Assembly: GCA_963663995.1 (NCBI GenBank)
Contig: OY760660.1
Coordinates: 180,001 to 212,000 of the forward strand
DNA: 32,000 nt
Direction of reading: 5' to 3'
Source: Erysipelotrichaceae bacterium
GTDB lineage: Bacteria > Bacillota_I > Bacilli_A > Erysipelotrichales > Erysipelotrichaceae
Positions 25,148 to 32,000 of this stretch are shown piece after piece; the first letter of the stretch is position 1, and every line of letters starts with the position of its first letter. Under the pieces are notes generated by a model, which made no database searches, was not told where the DNA came from, and saw only the letters and a list, made by a program, of their open reading frames with translations. The position numbers and the translations under genes were made by a program.

Positions 25148-25160
25148 GTGGGAGCAAGCG

Positions 25161-26240
25161 ATGAACAAATTTGAGTATATGGAAAAGTATGGTTATGAAC
25201 AATTAATGTATTTTCATGATCGACATTCAGGTTTAAAAGGGATTATTTGTATTCATAATACGGCTTTAGGTCCAGCCTTAGGTGGAACCAGAATCTGGGA
25301 ATATGAAGATGAGGAGGCAGCTGTCTTAGATGTCATGAGACTCGCACGGGGTATGACTAAAAAAGCGGCTTGTGCAGGTTTAAATTTAGGGGGAGGAAAA
25401 GCTGTTATTATTGGTAATTCTAAAGTCCTTAGAAAAGATACAGTACGGCGTGAAGCTTTCTGGCGTGCCTTTGGTAAATATTTAGATTCCTTAAACGGAC
25501 GCTTTATTACAGCCGAAGATGTTGGAACTTGTCCTGATGATATGCATTTTGTAAAAATGGAAAGTAATCACGTGGTTGGTTTACCTGATACATCAGGTGA
25601 TCCTTCACCCTTTACCGCCTATGGTGTTTTAAAAGGAATGAAAGCTTGTTTAAAAGAAACTGAAGGAAGTTCAAATTTAAAAGGTATAACGGTTGCGATT
25701 GAAGGTGTTGGACATGTGGGCTCTGCTTTATGTGAGTTATTACATAAAGAAGGGGCTAAGTTAGTTATTTGTGATATTGATGAAGAGAATGTCAAAGAGG
25801 TCGCAAAGAAGTATCAAGCTAAGATTGTTTCAGCTGATGAAATAAGATCGGTTGAATGTGACATTTATGCACCTTGTGCGCTTGGGGCAAGTATTAATGA
25901 TCAATCACTCACAACACTAAAATGTAAAATTATTGCTGGGTCAGCCAATAATCAATTAGAGGACTCTAAAAAACATGGTTCGAAATTACACGAACTAGGT
26001 TTAATTTATGCGCCAGATTACGTCATCAATGCCGGTGGGTTAATCAACGTCTATCAAGAAAAAATTGGCTACAATAAACACTCAGCCATGGTTCAAATCG
26101 ATCATATTTATGATCGAGTTCGCGAAATTATTCGTGAATCTATCGATACAAATACTCCAAGTTACTTAGTTGCTGATAATATGGCGCAAAGACGTATTGA
26201 AATGATGAGAGATATCAATTCAATTTATATTCATGACTAA
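25161..26240 (+). CDS. leucine (branched-chain amino acid) dehydrogenase
   Basis: Near-collinear with Bacillus leucine dehydrogenase: FEYMEKYGYEQL, LGPALGGTR, LNLGGGKAVI, ITAEDVG, GSANNQL, APDYVINAGG. GGGAG lies 6 nt before the ATG at 25161. Confidence 0.9.
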   Translation: MNKFEYMEKYGYEQLMYFHDRHSGLKGIICIHNTALGPALGGTRIWEYEDEEAAVLDVMRLARGMTKKAACAGLNLGGGKAVIIGNSKVLRKDTVRREAFWRAFGKYLDSLNGRFITAEDVGTCPDDMHFVKMESNHVVGLPDTSGDPSPFTAYGVLKGMKACLKETEGSSNLKGITVAIEGVGHVGSALCELLHKEGAKLVICDIDEENVKEVAKKYQAKIVSADEIRSVECDIYAPCALGASINDQSLTTLKCKIIAGSANNQLEDSKKHGSKLHELGLIYAPDYVINAGGLINVYQEKIGYNKHSAMVQIDHIYDRVREIIRESIDTNTPSYLVADNMAQRRIEMMRDINSIYIHD

Positions 26241-26892
26241 AAAAATCATTGTGAGTGGTGCTTATGGGGTTGGGAAAAGTGAGTTTTGTGTGCAATGGGC
26301 TTATAAAAATAGACCATGTACAATTGCTGATTTTGATATCTTAAATCCATATTTTCGGCCAAGAGAGCTTCAAAAAAAATTAGAAGAAGCATCAATTCAT
26401 GTGATTGCTTCACATTTAAAATCAGGCTTAAATCAAGATCTACCAGCGATGAGTTTCGCCTTTCAAAAAGCACTCTTAAGTGATGAGCACATCATCATTG
26501 ATTGTGCAGGCAGTGAAAATGGTTTAAAACCACTACAATCCTTAGATGAAAATTTTGATAAAGCAGAATTTTGGCTTGTTTTAAATCTAAATCGTATTGA
26601 GTCATCACTTGAAAAAATGGATGAAATGATTGAGTTATATGAAACAACAACAAAGCGAAAAATCACAGGCTTTATTCACAACACCCATGTCTTAGATGAA
26701 ACAAGTGCAGAAATGATTATTCAAGCTCAAAGTGAAGTTGAAACTTATGCAAAATTAAAGAATATACCGATTGAGTATACGATGATTAATAAAGATTTCA
26801 TCGATCAATGTATTGATCGGATAAAGAACCCTTTACTTATTTTGGATAATAATTATTTAAGAAAAGAATGGATGAAAGGAGAAACATTATGA
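26233..26892 (+). CDS. uncharacterised P-loop NTPase, MinD/ParA/CooC (SIMIBI) class
   Basis: Walker A GAYGVGKS at residues 9-16, ADFD about 15 residues later, and a Walker-B-like IIIDCAGS. The start overlaps the ldh stop by 8 nt, and the stop overlaps the ferredoxin-subunit start (ATGA). Confidence 0.6.
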   Translation: MTKKIIVSGAYGVGKSEFCVQWAYKNRPCTIADFDILNPYFRPRELQKKLEEASIHVIASHLKSGLNQDLPAMSFAFQKALLSDEHIIIDCAGSENGLKPLQSLDENFDKAEFWLVLNLNRIESSLEKMDEMIELYETTTKRKITGFIHNTHVLDETSAEMIIQAQSEVETYAKLKNIPIEYTMINKDFIDQCIDRIKNPLLILDNNYLRKEWMKGETL

Positions 26893-27110
26893 AAGGTAAA
26901 TTAACCTTTGATGAAAATCGCTGTAAAGGCTGCAATTTATGTGTTGAAGCCTGTCCAATTCATATCTTGGCTTTGGATACAAGCCGAGTTAATGCGATTG
27001 GTTATACACCAGCCATGATCATTAAACCCAATGATTGTATTGCTTGTCAGAACTGCGTTGTCATGTGTCCTGACAGTATTATTACCATAGAAAGGATTGA
27101 TTTATCATGA
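26889..27110 (+). CDS. 2-oxoacid:ferredoxin oxidoreductase delta subunit (2x[4Fe-4S] ferredoxin)
   Basis: Two cluster motifs, CKGCNLCVEACP and CIACQNCVVMCP. AAGGAG lies 7 nt before the ATG at 26889. Confidence 0.85.
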   Translation: MKGKLTFDENRCKGCNLCVEACPIHILALDTSRVNAIGYTPAMIIKPNDCIACQNCVVMCPDSIITIERIDLS

Positions 27111-28165
27111 CAAAGGTTTTAATGAAAGGGAATGAAGCGATTGCTAAAGCAGCGATTGCGGCAGGTTGTGAGTGTTTCTTTGGTTATCCAATCACCCCTC
27201 AAAATGAACTGATAGAATATATTGCGAAATATCTATGGGATAATGGTGGTCATTTTGTTCAAGCTGAAAGTGAAATTGCTGCTATCAATATGGTCTATGG
27301 TGCTGCTGCAACGGGGGCACGAGTCATGACATCCTCCTCCTCTCCTGGTATTGCCTTAAAACAAGAAGGAATCTCTTATTGTGCAGGCGCAGAGCTACCT
27401 GCCGTTATTATTTCCATTTCACGCGGTGGTCCTGGCTTAGGTGGCATTTTACCTTCACAAGCTGATTATCATCAAGCAACCCGTGGTGGTGGGAATGGCG
27501 ATTATAAAGTCATTGTTTTCGCTCCAAATGGTGTTCAAGAATCAACAGATATGGTTAAAGAAGCTTTTATAATAGCTGAGAAATATCGTAATCCCGTAAT
27601 GATTATGGCTGATGCGATGATTGGGCAAATGATGGAAGCTGTTGAAATTAAAGAAGATCAATTAGGTCCGATAAAAGGGACATGGTTTGCTGATGGACAT
27701 TTAGAAAATCGTGCTAAAAATATTGTAAGTTCAGTTCTGCTTGATCCACATAAACTAGAAAACCATAATATCCATCTGCAAAAGAAATATCGAGAGATCG
27801 AAAAAAACGAAGTTCGCTATGAACTCAGTGGTGATCAAGTAAGTGATGTTTTAATTGTTGCCTATGGAAGTTCTGCACGCATTTCAAAAGCAGCTATGGC
27901 TAGTTTAAAAGATGAAGGTATAAATGTTTCTTTGCTTCGTCCACAAACACTCTATCCATTTCCAGAGAAAGCGATAAAAGATGCAGCAAAGGGTAAGAAA
28001 TTTGTTTTAGTGTGTGAATTATCGATGGGACAAATGGTATATGATGTCGAGCATGCAGTTATGAATTCTTGTCCTGTTTATTTTTATGGACGTAGCGGGG
28101 GAGTTATTTTTGAACCTGATGAAATTGTTAATGAAGTTAAAAAGCATTTGAAAGGAGCTCAATAA
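27107..28165 (+). CDS. 2-oxoacid:ferredoxin oxidoreductase alpha subunit (VOR/KOR type)
   Basis: VLMKGNEAIAKAAIAAGC...FGYPITPQNE is the typical OFOR alpha N-terminus. Length is 352 aa, with an ATGA overlap upstream. Confidence 0.88.
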   Translation: MTKVLMKGNEAIAKAAIAAGCECFFGYPITPQNELIEYIAKYLWDNGGHFVQAESEIAAINMVYGAAATGARVMTSSSSPGIALKQEGISYCAGAELPAVIISISRGGPGLGGILPSQADYHQATRGGGNGDYKVIVFAPNGVQESTDMVKEAFIIAEKYRNPVMIMADAMIGQMMEAVEIKEDQLGPIKGTWFADGHLENRAKNIVSSVLLDPHKLENHNIHLQKKYREIEKNEVRYELSGDQVSDVLIVAYGSSARISKAAMASLKDEGINVSLLRPQTLYPFPEKAIKDAAKGKKFVLVCELSMGQMVYDVEHAVMNSCPVYFYGRSGGVIFEPDEIVNEVKKHLKGAQ

Positions 28166-28911
28166 TGGCTATCCTTTATCAAAAATCAAAAGCCTTAACT
28201 GATACTGCTTTATCCTATTGTCCTGGCTGCACGCATGGAATTATTCATCGCTTATGTGCTGAAGTTTTAGAAGAATTAAATATCATTGATAAAAGTATCG
28301 TCATCGCATCTGTTGGTTGTTCAGTCTTTAGTTATGAGTACTTTGCTTGTGATGCGATACAAGCGGCTCATGGACGGGCACCTGCCGTTGCGACAGGGGC
28401 TAAAAGAGCTCATCCTGAATCGATCATCTTTACCTATCAAGGAGATGGTGATTTAGCATCCATCGGAACTGCAGAAATTGTTCATGCAGCTCATCGTGGC
28501 GAAAATATTACCGTTATATTTGTGAATAATGCCGTTTATGGAATGACCGGTGGACAAATGGCTCCAACCAGTCTTCCTCAACAAATCACAACGACCTCAC
28601 CAAAGGGAAGAGACATTCAACTTCAAGGAGAACCTATTCGCATTTCAGAAATGATTGCGACCATTCCTTCGGCTTATTATGTTGAAAGAGTGATGGTGGC
28701 TGATCCCGTTAGTGTAAGAAAAGCTAAAATCGCCATCAAAAAAGCCTTTCAAAATCAAATTGATCATAAAGGTTTCAGCATGATAGAAGTTTTATCTTCC
28801 TGTAATATCAATTGGGGTATGAGTCCAAGTGATGCTTTAAAACATATTAAAGGGCCAATGCAAGATTACTATCCTTTAGGTGTATTTAAAGACAAAGGAG
28901 TCGACTCATGA
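28165..28911 (+). CDS. 2-oxoacid:ferredoxin oxidoreductase beta subunit (TPP-binding)
   Basis: Cys ligands (CPGC, GCS) and the TPP-binding GDGD...NN motif. Length is 248 aa. Confidence 0.88.
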   Translation: MAILYQKSKALTDTALSYCPGCTHGIIHRLCAEVLEELNIIDKSIVIASVGCSVFSYEYFACDAIQAAHGRAPAVATGAKRAHPESIIFTYQGDGDLASIGTAEIVHAAHRGENITVIFVNNAVYGMTGGQMAPTSLPQQITTTSPKGRDIQLQGEPIRISEMIATIPSAYYVERVMVADPVSVRKAKIAIKKAFQNQIDHKGFSMIEVLSSCNINWGMSPSDALKHIKGPMQDYYPLGVFKDKGVDS

Positions 28912-29444
28912 AAACAATCAAGTTAGTTTCAGCTGGTTTTGGTGGTCAAGGTGTTTTAACGATTGGGCAACTTGTCGCCTTAATGGGTATGAAAAAAGAT
29001 TATGCGGTCAGTTGGCTACCTTCTTATGGTCCAGAAATGCGCGGGGGAACCGCTAATTGTCATGTGGTTGTGGATGAAAATGAAGTATCATCTCCACTTG
29101 TTGCGAAGGGTATAACCCATTTAGTCGCCATGAATCAACCTGCTTTAGATAAATTCTTACCTGCTTGTGCTGATGATGCGATTATCATTCGTCATAAAGC
29201 ACTCACTATTAAACCACTTCTTAAAAATCAGCAAGTTGATGTACCCTATGATTTTTCTAAATGTGCATTAGATTTTGGCAATCCAAAAGTTTTAAATATG
29301 GCCGCGTTTGGCATATTGATGAAATACTTAAATGAATTTACTTTTGAGGATGGTCTCAATGCGATCAATGAAAAAATTGGGTCGAAGAAACCTGATTTAA
29401 TGCAGATAGATGATGCTGTATATGAGAGTGCTTATCGTAGTTAA
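28908..29444 (+). CDS. 2-oxoacid:ferredoxin oxidoreductase gamma subunit
   Basis: GFGGQGVLTIGQ and SYGPEMRGG are the hallmark gamma-subunit motifs. It has an ATGA overlap upstream. Confidence 0.85.
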   Translation: MKTIKLVSAGFGGQGVLTIGQLVALMGMKKDYAVSWLPSYGPEMRGGTANCHVVVDENEVSSPLVAKGITHLVAMNQPALDKFLPACADDAIIIRHKALTIKPLLKNQQVDVPYDFSKCALDFGNPKVLNMAAFGILMKYLNEFTFEDGLNAINEKIGSKKPDLMQIDDAVYESAYRS

Positions 29445-29467
29445 AAATGACGTTATTCGTCATTTTT
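29443..29467. terminator. bidirectional terminator spanning both convergent stop codons
   Basis: AAAAATGACG (29443-29452) pairs with CGTCATTTTT (29458-29467) around a TTATT loop. It overlaps the last codons of the photolyase gene. Confidence 0.7.
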
Positions 29468-30733
29468 AAGTTTCAATTTACTTTTCTTTAAAGTTCCGCT
29501 TTTTGACATGGTACGAATATAACCAAAAACTTCTTTTTCAAACCATGGTCGATCATGAACGCCCATAATAGACCACATAATTCCAACATATCCATTTGGA
29601 TCTCTTCCATCTAACATGTACGTATCATTTAGATAAATGAGTTTATCAATGGCTTCTTGTGCATCTGTGCTCCAATATAAAACTTGTTTAGCCCAATACA
29701 TGCGTAAGTAACCATGAAGATATCCAGTTTCATAGACCATTCTTTGACATTCATTCCATAACTCGTCATCAGTTTGACTTAACTCTAATTCATCGATTCG
29801 ATAGATTTTTTCGCGTGGATCATCGGCATGTTCTCGTAATGTTTTTTGAGCCCAAGACCAAGCACCTTCACATTTATCGTAAAGATCTTGATAGAAACAA
29901 TAGTTTTCTGCTAGTTCTCTTCGAACTAAGACTTGTTCAATAAAAGCTTCAGCATTATCGTTTTGACTCGCTAACACTTTTCGAACAATTGTACGAGGAG
30001 AAATCATACCAAAGTGAAGATAAGGAGATAGATAAGATGTTGCCTTTGCGTTGATATCATTACGTAAGTGATAACGATTTAAGCCCTCTTTTATAAAATC
30101 GTCCAATTGTTTTAATGCAGCATCTTCACCTGCTTTTAGCCAAGTAATTTTTGCCGGTAATTTATGGTCATAATCTTTTATGACTTCAGCAAATTGATTT
30201 TGATCAAATCTTTCAGTTATTTCTTGCTGAAGTAGATGAATACTTGATTTTTGATTTAGAAAAGACTGGTATTGTTTTAGTAATTTAGGACGAATGGTAC
30301 GTGCTGCATATTCACATTTATCAGATGTTAAATGGATGGGAACAACACAAGCTGTATTCGTGCGATAAAATTCGAAACCTTTTAATTTAGAAAGTTCCTT
30401 TACTTTATCTTGGATAGATCTCATCCCTTTTAAACTTGCTTGTTCACATACGACTGTATGAATGTTTTCTGTTTGTTTAAAATAATCAAGCGGATTTTCT
30501 TTACTTAATATTAGAGGAATATGATAGGCATTTAGTTTATTAGAAAATTCTAGTAATCCACTTAATAAAAAATGCATGTTTCTTTGATTGGCATATTTAA
30601 AATCCTTCAAAATAAAAAAATGTATTTCTAGATAACAATTGTTTTGGATGGCTAAATCAAAGGCAAGTTCTAAAGCAGGATTTTCGTTTATACGAATCGC
30701 TCTTGAACACCAATAGATTATTTTTTGTTTCAT
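29453..30733 (-). CDS. phr: class II CPD (deoxyribodipyrimidine) photolyase
   Basis: The C-terminal FAD-binding block HGYLRMYWAKQVLYW...YLNDTYMLDGRDPNGYVGIMWSIMGVHDRPW is characteristic of class II photolyases. The N-terminus is IYWCSRAIRINENPAL. Confidence 0.85.
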   Translation of the reverse strand: MKQKIIYWCSRAIRINENPALELAFDLAIQNNCYLEIHFFILKDFKYANQRNMHFLLSGLLEFSNKLNAYHIPLILSKENPLDYFKQTENIHTVVCEQASLKGMRSIQDKVKELSKLKGFEFYRTNTACVVPIHLTSDKCEYAARTIRPKLLKQYQSFLNQKSSIHLLQQEITERFDQNQFAEVIKDYDHKLPAKITWLKAGEDAALKQLDDFIKEGLNRYHLRNDINAKATSYLSPYLHFGMISPRTIVRKVLASQNDNAEAFIEQVLVRRELAENYCFYQDLYDKCEGAWSWAQKTLREHADDPREKIYRIDELELSQTDDELWNECQRMVYETGYLHGYLRMYWAKQVLYWSTDAQEAIDKLIYLNDTYMLDGRDPNGYVGIMWSIMGVHDRPWFEKEVFGYIRTMSKSGTLKKSKLKLKNDE

Positions 30734-30741
30734 TAATATTA

Positions 30742-30750
30742 ATCATAGCA
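30742..30750 (-). promoter_or_regulatory. extended -10 element placing +1 at or next to the photolyase ATG
   Basis: On the minus strand, TGcTATGAT (30750-30742) is followed by 8 nt and then the ATG at 30733. No Shine-Dalgarno sequence is present. Confidence 0.35.
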
Positions 30751-30763
30751 CTTTAGAATTAAC

Positions 30764-30792
30764 TTGATTAGTGAAACGAAGATAGTTATACT
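30764..30792 (+). promoter_or_regulatory. candidate promoter of the yerC-like gene
   Basis: TTGATT (30764-30769), a 17-nt spacer, then TATACT (30787-30792), followed by an AGAGG RBS. Confidence 0.45.
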
Positions 30793-30815
30793 TTAATATG
30801 TTAAAGAGGTAAAGT

Positions 30816-31100
30816 ATGCCAATTAAAAAAAATAAGAAGTTTGATCAATTGTTTGAAGCAATTTTAAAACTTGAAAATATTGATGAATGTTACGCTTTGT
30901 TTGATGACTTATGTACGATGAGTGAAATTAATGATATGCGTGATCGGTTTGAAGTCGCGCGATTATTGGTTGAAGGTCATACTTATGCGCAAATTGAACA
31001 TGAAACATCAATGAGTTCTGCCACAATTTCAAGAGTTAACCGTTGTATTCAATATGGAACTGGTGGTTACAAACAAGCCTTAGAACATCTTAAGAAGTAG
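30816..31100 (+). CDS. yerC: YerC/YecD-family TrpR-like DNA-binding protein
   Basis: A 94-aa protein whose LCTMSEINDMRDRFEVARLL...SSATISRVNRCIQYGTGGY sequence matches the YerC/YecD family pattern. Confidence 0.8.
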   Translation: MPIKKNKKFDQLFEAILKLENIDECYALFDDLCTMSEINDMRDRFEVARLLVEGHTYAQIEHETSMSSATISRVNRCIQYGTGGYKQALEHLKK

Positions 31101-31128
31101 CATTTGATTTTGAAAAAACTTTTCATAG

Positions 31129-31155
31129 AAACGAACTAAAACTGGTTCGTTTTTT
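31129..31155 (+). terminator. rho-independent terminator
   Basis: AAACGAAC (31129-31136) pairs with GTTCGTTT (31145-31152), followed by further T residues. Confidence 0.65.
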
Positions 31156-31178
31156 CATTTTAAACGATAAAAAATGAA

Positions 31179-32000
31179 ATGGTCTATGCTAAACTAAAAC
31201 CTATGTTATCAATGATTGTTTTTAATCAAGTTGCAATTATGGTTGCACTGATTGCAGTGGGTTATGCTGCTTTTAAGCTAAATATTTTATCGAAAGAGGG
31301 AAGTAAAGAAATTTCTCGACTTTTGACTGTGATTATTACACCGGTCGTGATTGTAAAATCTTTTATGGTTGAAAGTTCACCTGAAAAAACACAAATGCTT
31401 TTATATTCTTTGATGTTAGGTGCTGTTTCACTTCTCATTACATTTGTTTTTGCTTATTTCACTGAAAAGAAAAATCCAGCACTTCAATATGGTGTCAGTT
31501 TCTCTAATGCTGGCTTTATTGGGATTCCTCTTATTCTAAATACTTTAGGATCTGAAGCGTTATTTTACATGTTGGCTTTCTTCTCTTTACAAGTTATTTC
31601 TGTATGGACACTTGGGATTTTTATGTTAACAAGAGATCGAAAAATGATTTCACTTAAACAACTCTTAAAAACACCAACTGTTTGGGCTATATTTGTTGGC
31701 TTAGCTGTTTATTTTATGCAAATGTCTTTCCCATCAAACGTTTTAAGTATCATTAATAATATTTCTTCAACCTATTCACCTTTGGCGATGTTTGTGGTTG
31801 GAACCTTATTAGCTGAAATTAAACTGAGAGATATGTTTGGTGATAATGAAGTGTATGTCATGATTGCCTTGCGCTTACTAATCATTCCTTTAGTTACAGC
31901 CACTGTCTTTGTTTGGCTACCTGGCAGCTCAGAATTACATATTCTTACTAAGACTGCGATTGTTATTGTTAGCTCAGCTCCTGCTGGTGCAAACACTGCC
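31179..32000 (+). CDS. AEC (auxin efflux carrier) family transporter, 3'-truncated by the window edge
   Basis: Frame 3 is open from the ATG at 31179 to the window end. It is absent from the ORF track because no stop codon is reached. It is a polytopic membrane protein (FSNAGFIGIPL, VVGTLLAEIKL). The start is uncertain (31179, 31203 or 31212), and none has a clear RBS. Confidence 0.7.
   Translation, partial: MVYAKLKPMLSMIVFNQVAIMVALIAVGYAAFKLNILSKEGSKEISRLLTVIITPVVIVKSFMVESSPEKTQMLLYSLMLGAVSLLITFVFAYFTEKKNPALQYGVSFSNAGFIGIPLILNTLGSEALFYMLAFFSLQVISVWTLGIFMLTRDRKMISLKQLLKTPTVWAIFVGLAVYFMQMSFPSNVLSIINNISSTYSPLAMFVVGTLLAEIKLRDMFGDNEVYVMIALRLLIIPLVTATVFVWLPGSSELHILTKTAIVIVSSAPAGANTA

Noticed and set aside
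23143-26666. Minus-strand ORFs 23143-23421, 26246-26473 and 26463-26666.
   Set aside because: They are antisense to ptb and to the P-loop ATPase gene, and the overlapping operon structure supports the plus strand.
197-26888. Longer ORF-track starts at 197 (purC), 3940 (purH), 8436 (copZ-like), 13426 (ABC ATPase), 22397 (HAD), 25146 (ldh) and 26868 (ferredoxin subunit).
   Set aside because: In each case an internal ATG is better supported. Most have a properly spaced GGAG-type RBS, and the HAD start at 22445 has a leaderless-type promoter. These starts also match the conserved N-termini of the families, and the extensions overlap upstream genes or hairpins.
31772-31996. A 74-aa minus-strand ORF.
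   Set aside because: It is antisense to the open AEC-transporter frame that runs to the window edge.
1-32000. A scan for CRISPR repeats, tRNA/rRNA genes, IS elements, integrases, phage genes, toxin-antitoxin pairs and known defence genes.
   Set aside because: I saw no spaced direct-repeat arrays, terminal inverted repeats, transposase, integrase or nuclease-like ORFs, or cloverleaf-like RNA genes. All sizeable ORFs are accounted for by metabolic, transport or regulatory functions.

Overview
Chromosomal segment from a low-GC (about 35% by eye) Bacillota-type bacterium using the standard code (TGA is a stop, Trp is TGG). The taxon is an inference. I see no tRNA/rRNA genes, CRISPR array, IS/transposase, integrase, phage gene or recognisable defence gene, so this reads as core and accessory metabolism, not a mobile island.

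Gene content in order:
- (1) The 3' end of a purine operon: the FGAM synthase tail, then purC-purF-purM-purN-purH-purD.
- (2) A CopZ-like chaperone plus multicopper oxidase pair behind a CsoR-type palindrome.
- (3) A bactofilin gene, divergent from an uncharacterised zinc-ribbon protein.
- (4) An orphan pyrR.
- (5) A TetR regulator with two ABC exporter modules around one perfect 16-bp palindrome.
- (6) MscS, a MATE efflux pump, an AdhR/NmlR-like MerR regulator, RpiR, a divergent NDK and a LysM-G5-M23 peptidase.
- (7) A CDF transporter broken by one frameshift, coupled to a DsbA-like gene.
- (8) A HAD hydrolase, then ptb-buk, then leucine dehydrogenase, a P-loop ATPase and a four-subunit 2-oxoacid:ferredoxin oxidoreductase.
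- (9) A class II photolyase, a YerC/YecD-like protein and a truncated AEC transporter.

Items most worth a second look:
- The uncharacterised MinD/CooC-class ATPase, translationally coupled inside the dehydrogenase/oxidoreductase operon.
- The structured leader in front of that operon.
- A recurring promoter geometry that predicts leaderless mRNAs for several genes.

None of these is proven from sequence alone. I did not find a clear-cut novel multi-gene system.
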